A stretch of 64,000 bases of DNA from positions 17,023 through 81,022 of the IMG/VR virus record IMGVR_UViG_3300028920_000061; one strand, 5' to 3'. The position numbers were made by a program, and so were the translations under genes. This DNA is from a virus. Below are positions 56,601-64,000 of the stretch, in pieces (position 1 is the first letter of the stretch; each line of letters starts with the position of its first letter). The notes beneath the pieces are model-generated. The model was not told where the DNA came from. It was given only the letters and a program-made list of their open reading frames with translations, and searched no databases.

Positions 56601-59600
56601 AATACCCACCTGTTGTTCCAGTAATTGAGAATCGGCGATGAGACGGAGGCGGTGTTGCCGGACTTGCCCTGGCCCATCATTTGAAGCATCATTTCTGTAC
56701 CAAGCTCTGCACGCTTTGCCGCAACAGCTTCGCGATCATCTCTTAATCGCTGAAGCTCTTGTTGTTTTTCTTCATTATTTGCAAATTTAACCTCTTTACC
56801 AAATTCATCAACACCAGTTGTAATAGCCTTTCTTCTCTTCTCCAGGGTTTCAAGCTCAGCAGCAAGAGACGCATGTACAGTACCTATGGTTGGTTTTTGC
56901 TCCTTAGCCGCACCTATAGTATATGAGAGAAATTTTTGCTGCTTTTGAGCAAGGGTTGTCTTTTGCCCAGGGGTAAGAACCTGCTCTCGCATTATGTCCG
57001 ATTCTTGATCAAAAAATTTAGCGTACTTATCTATAAACCCACCCATCTTTTCAGCTTTTTCTAACGCACCAAGGTATTCTTGAGGTGTGAACACCTCTGA
57101 CAGTGCTATACCACGAGCTTTTGCTATCCTCTTTGCGATATCAGAAGCTATGTAACCACGATTGGCAAGATCGAGGGCAGACGCTTTATCAGATGCCGCT
57201 ATGACATCTTGAAAATCTTTATCCTGATAATACTTTCTGTAAGCTTTAGATTCTTCAGGTGACGGGTCTTCACCACTATCCAATTTTGCTTTTGCTGATT
57301 TGTAAAGAGCGAGATTTTTTCTAAGTTCTGCACCTTCTTTTCTATTTATTCGATTTTTATACATTTTAGTCCAAAATTCATCTCTACCACCAGCGGACCC
57401 CCAACGATATATGTTTGAAAGCATGCCCAATCTATCTGAATATGGCCCTGGAGTCAAATATCTCTCTATAGCCTTCTGCCTCATACCTTCAACATCAAAC
57501 CGCAGAGGCTCCATTGTTTGTACTCCTGCGAGCCCCTGAGAACGTATTCTCTTCTCTGCAAGAGCTACAGCTCTTGACCTATCGAAAATTGATAAGCCTT
57601 CAGGAAGCGCTTGTCCAGAAATCATTCCTTCATATTCAGTGACGGCTTCGGTAAGGGTCGTTTTACTATCCCTTGTCCTCAAATAGCGGTTTGCATTAAT
57701 TAATTCGGTCTGAAATACAGGACTATTCAGAACATCTTTTCGTATGTTCTTCTCAAACTGCATAGCTTGATTTTGATCCTGCTTAACCCTTCCAGATATC
57801 GCGTCTATTGCCGATACTACACCGGCACGGGTATGAAGCTTTGACAGGTCTTCCGTTTGTAAAGCCTGTTGCAAACCAACATATTTCTTCAAATCTCCAG
57901 CAATATCAGTAGACTGAGCAAGAGAGTGGAGGCGTGATAATGTAAATTGTATAACCCGCGGGTCCTGGTTCATTATCCTATTTAAGTTCAACCCAGTATC
58001 AATACGCCCGACGGGATTAATAGTTGAAAAATCCCTAAACCCATTGGTTATTAAGCTGAGTTGTCTGAGACTTTCAGTAGGATTTGTCAGCGGATTTGCA
58101 CCAGTCAAAGACATCGCTAATTGTTCGGTGTTACCATAATTTATCGGCCTCCTCCATATTCCACGCCTGTCACCACCAAGGGCGCGATACCCAAGATTAA
58201 CAAGACCCCTGGGGGCGCCGGCCACATAACTCCACCAGTCACTCACGCCGGCACCAGCGGCCGTTATTGCTTCCATAGTGAAGTCGGTAGCACCATAGAC
58301 TCCACGTCGAACACCTCTTCCAGCCGCTCCCAATGCACGAATTATTGGACCGCTCTGCCACGGGGGTTCCATCATATCTGCAGAGGAAAATCTCTGTGCT
58401 GATGCAACCGCTTCAAGGTTCATTAATCCACTTGGGCCAATAAGAGACTCGTAGGCAAGCCTTCTCGAAACTGGATCATTGGTGAACATTTTTGCCCATA
58501 CAGCAGCTTGGTTTAACCCACCTCCACCACGACCCCTGCGCCACTCATTGAATGCTACTTTAGCGGCTCTAGCACGGTCCTGGTCAGACATTTGATTCAG
58601 TAAGTCTTCTTTGAACATATCAAACCGGACACGGTTAGCCCCCATAGCATACCCAGCCTGATTAGCACCACTAACTATTTGATATCCACTAACATTACCA
58701 CTGAGCAAATTTCGAAGGCGCCCCTGATTAACTGTCAAGTCTGGGTTTGCAGCATAAGCAGCCATTCTTGTTCCGATACCTGACTGAAGAACATTCATCT
58801 GGAATGAGGCTATTCCGGCCCCAGCCTGCCCAACACCACCAGCCCTTTCAACAGCCCTGGCACCTGCTGATGATGCATTTGCTATTGCAGCCGCGTTCAC
58901 TGCCCCCATTTGAAACATCGAAGCACCTGTAGCCGCCGTCCATGGTGTCCCCTGAACAGCCTGTGCTCCTGCGGCTCCTATTTGAAGCATGTTCTGCATA
59001 CCAATGCCAGTTGCAGTTCCTCCAGCTTTAGCCATGCGTATTGCTGACCTTACTTGAGGAAGTGTCTTAAACCCAATCTGATTCACTTCCTTGATGATGG
59101 ACATTCCACCTTCGATAGTTGTCTGAAGGGCTTTGACTATTTCCTCTGTTGAGTCAATCAGGTCTTTGAGATTTCTGGTATATCGCGATACGCTTCCAGA
59201 TTGGTTAAGCATTCCTTCAGAAAGACCAATCTTATGAATACGCATCATCTGTTCTTTAGAAAAGAATTTACCCTTATCATCAAGCATCATGCCGGCCGCC
59301 ATAGCTCCTCCAGCTGTTGCCTGGTTATAGGTCAATCCACTCATCCCAAGCCTGTCACGATTCTGCTGCAAATCCATCGCAATGGAATGCATGTATTTCT
59401 GTCGTGTCAAATTCTGATCAACGCGACCTGCTATCATATTCGTTATCGGAGCTGTTAAAGCCATAGCCGGCAGGAACACACTTGACCCTGCGAAGCCGGC
59501 TGCGGCCAGGGGGGCCGCCACAGCCGACCAGGCTGCAGAGCTCAATGCCCCGGTAGTTATAGCCCCGGCATACGCTGTCCGGTTGAGTGACGCCTGCCTG

Positions 59601-59845
59601 TTGTAATACGATGGATCCAGGCCACCCTGAACGCCATATGAGTATCTAGGGTCCGTCAGGACCTGACGTTGCATTTGTTGAGGAAGGTTATACTGGGTTG
59701 GCTGTTGTTGCTGGTATTGCGCCACCATCTGGTAACGCATCATTGCCTGATAATCAATTTGATTATTGAACGGCGCAAAAGGGCCCATCGGTTGTCCGGC
59801 AAAATTTGCCGGGCCCTGTCCATATGGAGGAGGAGTAGGTGGCAT
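56597..59845 (-). CDS. Tape measure protein
   Basis: 1082 aa, Ala/Gly/Met-rich helical; downstream of a frameshifting chaperone and upstream of hub genes. Confidence 0.8.
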   Translation of the reverse strand: MPPTPPPYGQGPANFAGQPMGPFAPFNNQIDYQAMMRYQMVAQYQQQQPTQYNLPQQMQRQVLTDPRYSYGVQGGLDPSYYNRQASLNRTAYAGAITTGALSSAAWSAVAAPLAAAGFAGSSVFLPAMALTAPITNMIAGRVDQNLTRQKYMHSIAMDLQQNRDRLGMSGLTYNQATAGGAMAAGMMLDDKGKFFSKEQMMRIHKIGLSEGMLNQSGSVSRYTRNLKDLIDSTEEIVKALQTTIEGGMSIIKEVNQIGFKTLPQVRSAIRMAKAGGTATGIGMQNMLQIGAAGAQAVQGTPWTAATGASMFQMGAVNAAAIANASSAGARAVERAGGVGQAGAGIASFQMNVLQSGIGTRMAAYAANPDLTVNQGRLRNLLSGNVSGYQIVSGANQAGYAMGANRVRFDMFKEDLLNQMSDQDRARAAKVAFNEWRRGRGGGGLNQAAVWAKMFTNDPVSRRLAYESLIGPSGLMNLEAVASAQRFSSADMMEPPWQSGPIIRALGAAGRGVRRGVYGATDFTMEAITAAGAGVSDWWSYVAGAPRGLVNLGYRALGGDRRGIWRRPINYGNTEQLAMSLTGANPLTNPTESLRQLSLITNGFRDFSTINPVGRIDTGLNLNRIMNQDPRVIQFTLSRLHSLAQSTDIAGDLKKYVGLQQALQTEDLSKLHTRAGVVSAIDAISGRVKQDQNQAMQFEKNIRKDVLNSPVFQTELINANRYLRTRDSKTTLTEAVTEYEGMISGQALPEGLSIFDRSRAVALAEKRIRSQGLAGVQTMEPLRFDVEGMRQKAIERYLTPGPYSDRLGMLSNIYRWGSAGGRDEFWTKMYKNRINRKEGAELRKNLALYKSAKAKLDSGEDPSPEESKAYRKYYQDKDFQDVIAASDKASALDLANRGYIASDIAKRIAKARGIALSEVFTPQEYLGALEKAEKMGGFIDKYAKFFDQESDIMREQVLTPGQKTTLAQKQQKFLSYTIGAAKEQKPTIGTVHASLAAELETLEKRRKAITTGVDEFGKEVKFANNEEKQQELQRLRDDREAVAAKRAELGTEMMLQMMGQGKSGNTASVSSPILNYWNNRWVL

Positions 59846-59951
59846 GTCAATAATATATATGGTTGAATGTGAAAAAGGTGAAACCTCAAAGGCTTCACCT
59901 TATCATTATACATTAAACGCGGCAGAAAGAATAGTAGCTACTGCAAAAAAA

Positions 59952-60218
59952 TTATGCTTCGTCTTGAGTTGCAACTTCCCAATCGGTTGCGAGCATATCT
60001 GTCTGTGAAGCAAGCCATGGAATGCGGCATTTTGGAGCATTGGGATTTTCAGTCTGAAGTCCGGTCGTGTCGATAAAAATATACGGGCCGGTCATTTTCG
60101 AATTTTCATCAGGCAATTGGAGCTCAATGAAAATGCCTTTCCCATTCCATCCTTTTCGACGAAGCTTGTTTCCATTTTTGAGTTCTGACAGTGCGTAGCC
60201 AAAATCTGATTCTCCCAT
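59952..60218 (-). CDS. tad2: DUF2829 / Tad2-family anti-Thoeris sponge protein
   Basis: FGYAL..LK.G....RKGWNGKG.F...PWLASQTDMLA.DW hallmark. Confidence 0.85.
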   Translation of the reverse strand: MGESDFGYALSELKNGNKLRRKGWNGKGIFIELQLPDENSKMTGPYIFIDTTGLQTENPNAPKCRIPWLASQTDMLATDWEVATQDEA

Positions 60219-60231
60219 AATACATCCTTTG

Positions 60232-60534
60232 TTAAAGTGGTTTCACACGCATATCAAAGCTTCTCATCTTGTTGAAAATCTTCTCAGCTTTTTTGTAATA
60301 TTTCACATCATCAAACTTATCCTCAGGAAACACCATGAAACGATATTGTTTCATCAAGTCCCCAGCCTTTTCCGGGTCAGCCAATGCAAAGAGAGGTTGC
60401 ATGTACTCTTTCGATCTTTGCCGCTGGAAAACAGCGATAGCAATCGCCTCATTTACTGATCCGTACTGGAATCGTTTTCCTTCATAGGTGAAGCTGGCTC
60501 TTGCGTATCCCGTGACTGACCCGAGGATTTTGGG
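60232..60534 (-). CDS. -1 frameshift extension (gpGT-like) of tail assembly chaperone
   Basis: Slippery C-CCA-AAA at 60534-60528; the -1 frame is open for 98 codons (ILGSVTGYARASF...MRVKPL*). Confidence 0.8.
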   Translation of the reverse strand, partial: PKILGSVTGYARASFTYEGKRFQYGSVNEAIAIAVFQRQRSKEYMQPLFALADPEKAGDLMKQYRFMVFPEDKFDDVKYYKKAEKIFNKMRSFDMRVKPL

Positions 60535-61328
60535 ATTAACTGTTTGGCAGTCATAATCTGATACATGGCTTGATCGAACATGATTTTCTCGTTCGATATG
60601 AAATCAATCACAGGGGTTGGTAACCGGCGAACTCTGACCGCACGGTGCTTCAAAGACCTTTTCAAGCTCTCACTCAATTTTGCCGACTTCTCGATGTCAC
60701 CTTCGTATTCGAGATCCTTCACTTTTATGACGGCACGTTTAATAGCCATGAGTTGATGAATGGGCTCATCACAATAATCCTTCCCATCCATACCTTTAAA
60801 GCCAATGGCTATCATCAGCGCAGACCTGAAGGTTTGTACGTGCTGGGCAGGAAGGTCAACCTGGCCGTCTTTATCTTCCTTGTCTTTCACCATATCGTAA
60901 ATGATTTCGTCGATAACACTCATGTCTTCAGCTGAAGTGGTGGTGATTGTGAATGTGTGCCCTGGCATATTTGGTATTGTGACGACTTTTTCAGCATACC
61001 CTTTGAAAATCACCTGTTCGGCAAGCTCGAGGTCTTCATCGCTGATTTTCTGGAGTTGTTCGAATTCGTCAAAATCAGGACCATTACCCATTCCTGAAAG
61101 TGCGGCATTTGCCTTATTGACCATTTCATCTGTTTTTGATTCAACTGCATTCTTAATCATTTCAGCGGCCGGCTTCCGCCTTCCCTGAACCATATCCTCA
61201 TGCTGCTGGGATACTGTCTTGAAGTCCTGTTTCTGTTGTGTGGGGGACTCTTGAGGCTCCTGAGCCCGCCCTGGAGATTGTTGCCTCTGGCTGGTCTCCT
61301 TAACGGTGCCCATCACTGATTTCTGCAT
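60453..61328 (-). CDS. Tail assembly chaperone (gpG-like)
   Basis: AGGAGG RBS before ATG 61328; slippery site near the 3' end; upstream of tape measure. Confidence 0.75.
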   Translation of the reverse strand: MQKSVMGTVKETSQRQQSPGRAQEPQESPTQQKQDFKTVSQQHEDMVQGRRKPAAEMIKNAVESKTDEMVNKANAALSGMGNGPDFDEFEQLQKISDEDLELAEQVIFKGYAEKVVTIPNMPGHTFTITTTSAEDMSVIDEIIYDMVKDKEDKDGQVDLPAQHVQTFRSALMIAIGFKGMDGKDYCDEPIHQLMAIKRAVIKVKDLEYEGDIEKSAKLSESLKRSLKHRAVRVRRLPTPVIDFISNEKIMFDQAMYQIMTAKQLIPKSSGQSRDTQEPASPMKENDSSTDQ

Positions 61329-61715
61329 TAAAACCCTCCTTTGAAAATCGTCAAAAAGTAATATAATTGATATATATGAAAAATGCAAGATTAAATCATA
61401 TATTTTTTCTTTATTGGCCAATTCTTGTAACTTGAATTGCAATTTAGTTTACATAATGTTTGAACTTTTCGCGTAATGAATTGAAAAGGTACAAATTACG
61501 AAAAAAAACGAAAAAAAAAATCGAAGTGGCCGCACACTTCAGCCACGCCCGCCCCCTCCCTAAAACGCACATGTTCACGTAATGAGAAAAAAAAGCGTTT
61601 CGACTTGAACGACCAAAGGCAAGTACAACTGTAATTTGTTATATATACATGTGGGTTTATATATATAAAGTTAGTAAAATCAATGGTTTATATATAGTAT
61701 ATCCCTTATATTAAA

Positions 61716-61732
61716 AGCAAAAATCGTGCCAA
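61716..61732 (-). promoter_or_regulatory. Sigma54-type -24/-12 consensus
   Basis: TTGGCACGATTTTTGCT matches TGGCAC-N5-TTGC and points toward the virion operon. Confidence 0.5.
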
Positions 61733-61788
61733 TCTAGAAGATATTGTAAATTGGGAAGTTACAACGTTTTTATAAAATAATACTTTAA

Positions 61789-62027
61789 TTTACTTCATGT
61801 AATTTCATCAGGCAATTTCTTGATAAAATCGGAATAATTTTACTTGGTTGATGGTTTTACTTTACTTCATACAGAACTAAGTAAAATTTTAGCAATTTTA
61901 TTTAAGCGCTAAATATAGGGGGTCTAAAACTTTACTTGGTTCTGTATTTTGTAAAACAAAAACTTTACTTGAGTGTAAAAATTCCCACTCTATCAAGTAA
62001 TTGCCTGATGAAATTACATGAAGTAAA
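61789..62027. repeat. 37-bp inverted repeat enclosing TTTACTT iterons (possible origin/packaging region)
   Basis: 61789-61825 and 61991-62027 are 36/37 complementary; multiple TTTACTT/AAGTAAA copies; AT-rich non-coding region at the strand switch. Confidence 0.8.
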
Positions 62028-62169
62028 CTTTTTTTTAGACGCTGGGAAGCATCACTTAAGTCTCCTGACTTAAAGTGTTACTTTAAGTGTCGTTAAAATT
62101 ATATAAGAAAAAATCTTGTTTTCTCATATATTTTCATATATATTTTAAATAAGACAGGAGGTGTATATT

Positions 62170-62349
62170 ATGTGTGATAAAATAGGTAAACACTGGGATG
62201 ATTTCGTCGAGTACGCCAGGAAAGAGGGAATCGAATTCAGGCACTTGGAGGATTATGAGCCGTTCTGGAAATGCTGGATGACGGCTGTTCATTCAGTTGG
62301 TGCGGTTCATAAAGATGAGCAAAATTCGGTTACTGAAGAGGTGGTATGA
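62170..62349 (+). CDS. Small hypothetical protein
   Basis: AGGAGG RBS. Confidence 0.6.
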   Translation: MCDKIGKHWDDFVEYARKEGIEFRHLEDYEPFWKCWMTAVHSVGAVHKDEQNSVTEEVV

Positions 62350-62556
62350 ATGGAAGAGGCTTCAACCGCAGAAAATATCGTAACGGTGAATTTCAAGATA
62401 CCGGCAGAAATGCGAGATGAATTCAAGATGGCTGCTAAAAATAATGGCATGACCATGCAGACAGTAATATTCTTCCTGGTCCGAGATTATATTGACAATT
62501 CCGATCATCTGAAATTCAAACTGGTTGATGCAAGGGGTAACAATGGAAGAAAATGA
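62350..62556 (+). CDS. Ribbon-helix-helix (Arc/CopG-like) DNA-binding protein
   Basis: VTVNFKIPAEMRDEFK..A..NGMTM..VI..LVRDYI. Confidence 0.75.
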   Translation: MEEASTAENIVTVNFKIPAEMRDEFKMAAKNNGMTMQTVIFFLVRDYIDNSDHLKFKLVDARGNNGRK

Positions 62557-62923
62557 TTTGAGAGGGCTTGTGGCATATGATTTTGAAATGCCAAAAGGTG
62601 GGGAAATCACCTATGCAGATATGCAGTTCAAATCATTTCAGGTGAGGGAAGTGTATATCAATGGAAGGCAAACAGGTGAATACCATGTGAAACCGGTTGG
62701 CAAAAGTCATGTGTCAGCAGTTATGTTTCTCAAAGCCAGAATGCACAGATGTTCTATTGGTTTGATTGATCCATCAGGCCTTCTTAATCTTGAGTATCCG
62801 ATTTACATAGTATGTAAAAACGATCCTATGGTAATGGAGGCTATTCCGCAAATCTTTGAACAAATTGATGAGGAAATGAATGAAACGACCGTATCTCAGC
62901 ATCGTAATGGCGTCCCGGAATGA
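62543..62923 (+). CDS. Hypothetical protein
   Basis: AGGGG RBS before ATG 62543. Confidence 0.6.
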   Translation: MEENDLRGLVAYDFEMPKGGEITYADMQFKSFQVREVYINGRQTGEYHVKPVGKSHVSAVMFLKARMHRCSIGLIDPSGLLNLEYPIYIVCKNDPMVMEAIPQIFEQIDEEMNETTVSQHRNGVPE

Positions 62924-63821
62924 CAACCATGGTGGAGACCTCAATGAGCGAACGCAGGCATGCATCAATAGCCTAAGACAGCAATCACGCGAACTTAAAA
63001 TGCCTATCGAAGTCGTGATGGTGGACTGGAATCCACCAGACGACAAACCCCCGCTTCATGAAATAATTGATTATGATGGTCTACTTTTCCATTCTATTAT
63101 AGTACCTCCGGAAATTCATCAGCGATACAAGCTGTCTGGAAAGCTCCCCCTTTATCAGATGATAGCAAAAAATGTTGGTGTCCGCCGGGCACATGGGTAT
63201 TTCATCCTGTGCACCAACGTAGACATTTTCTTCAGCAATGAGCTCATGAAAGAAATTTCTATGAAGAAGCTGAAGAAGAACCTGCTCTATCGAGCATACC
63301 GATACGATACACAGAGGGGCGTGAGGTCTCTTGATGGTATCGAGAATAAGCTGATACGAATCAACCTGTCCCGGAATGATGAACTTTGCACTAACGCATG
63401 CGGGGACTTCCAAATGATGCATCGGGATAATTGGCATGACCTCCGCGGTTACTACGAAGGCGACCTGTTCTCCATACATCTCGACTCACTGTTCGAATAT
63501 CATGCATACTATAATGGATATATGGAAAGTATTTTTGACCCACCAATGGTCACGTACCATGTGGAACATGATGGCGGGTGGGTTCCAGGTGTTGAAAAAA
63601 TCAGTAGTTACAACAGAATGAATGATAATGAAATTAAAAAACTTTCATATAAAGATTTTCTTGAGATTGTCGCAGTCATGGCTCGGAAAGAGCCACCGAT
63701 TCATTACAATAAAGAATCGTGGGGACTAATTGACGATGAGTTACAGGAGTTAATTAATGGGAAAAATTATCGAGTTTCAGAAGCTGAAAGAAATCTGCGA
63801 AGACAAGTTGTTCGAACATAA
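62880..63821 (+). CDS. GT-A fold glycosyltransferase-like protein
   Basis: LSIVMASRND, EVVMVDWN, AKNVGVRRAHG.FILCTNVD, GDFQMM...W..LRGY.E, YHVEH. Confidence 0.8.
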   Translation: MKRPYLSIVMASRNDNHGGDLNERTQACINSLRQQSRELKMPIEVVMVDWNPPDDKPPLHEIIDYDGLLFHSIIVPPEIHQRYKLSGKLPLYQMIAKNVGVRRAHGYFILCTNVDIFFSNELMKEISMKKLKKNLLYRAYRYDTQRGVRSLDGIENKLIRINLSRNDELCTNACGDFQMMHRDNWHDLRGYYEGDLFSIHLDSLFEYHAYYNGYMESIFDPPMVTYHVEHDGGWVPGVEKISSYNRMNDNEIKKLSYKDFLEIVAVMARKEPPIHYNKESWGLIDDELQELINGKNYRVSEAERNLRRQVVRT

Positions 63822-64000
63822 GGGCAGGGGGTACTATTTTGTTAGATGTAAAAGAGGTATTCCATTTTGTAATGAAAGAGTGTGCCCGATATGGAATGGT
63901 CTTGATGAAGTTCCACTCATGTCACTGGGTGATATCAATAGGAGTTTAAATGGCAAAAAAAATATTCCCATACATGAAGAAAAAGAAAAGCGGGACGTTC

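Noticed and set aside
19189-61328. Numerous short + strand ORFs across the virion module
   Set aside because: They are antisense shadows of long coupled - strand genes and lack RBSs.
1-64000. Integron integrase or other recombinase
   Set aside because: No ORF shows the tyrosine recombinase R...HxxR...Y signature; it may lie outside the window or in the host.

Overview
This window is a 64-kb segment of a large (jumbo-like) tailed phage genome, probably with a contractile tail. 1-19.1 kb (+ strand) is an accessory region. It holds a five-gene ubiquitin-like conjugation operon (two coiled-coil/E2-like proteins, JAB peptidase, E1/ThiF, tandem di-Ubl), a secreted moron protein, a tmRNA with an unusual 29-codon tag, and a J-domain-kinase / vWA / thioredoxin / PurA-like cluster. 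It also holds a 3.8-kb array of 12 small genes separated by attC-like AAC...GTT hairpins, each gene bracketed by its own ~20-bp inverted repeat (integron-cassette logic, no integrase in the window), and a ~380-nt structured RNA containing a circularly permuted tRNA mimic directly behind a 253-aa gene. 19.2-61.3 kb (- strand) is the virion module: portal-like protein, HNH endonuclease, holin-like protein, fibre/appendage proteins including a 2441-aa five-module beta-helix protein, baseplate genes (one interrupted by an in-frame TAA), a sigma factor, tape measure, a Tad2/DUF2829 gene, and a tail chaperone with a CCCAAAA -1 frameshift site. An AT-rich, inverted-repeat-rich non-coding region (61.4-62.1 kb, possible origin) separates this from a new + strand unit. 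All family assignments are from motif recognition by eye; no database searches were run.
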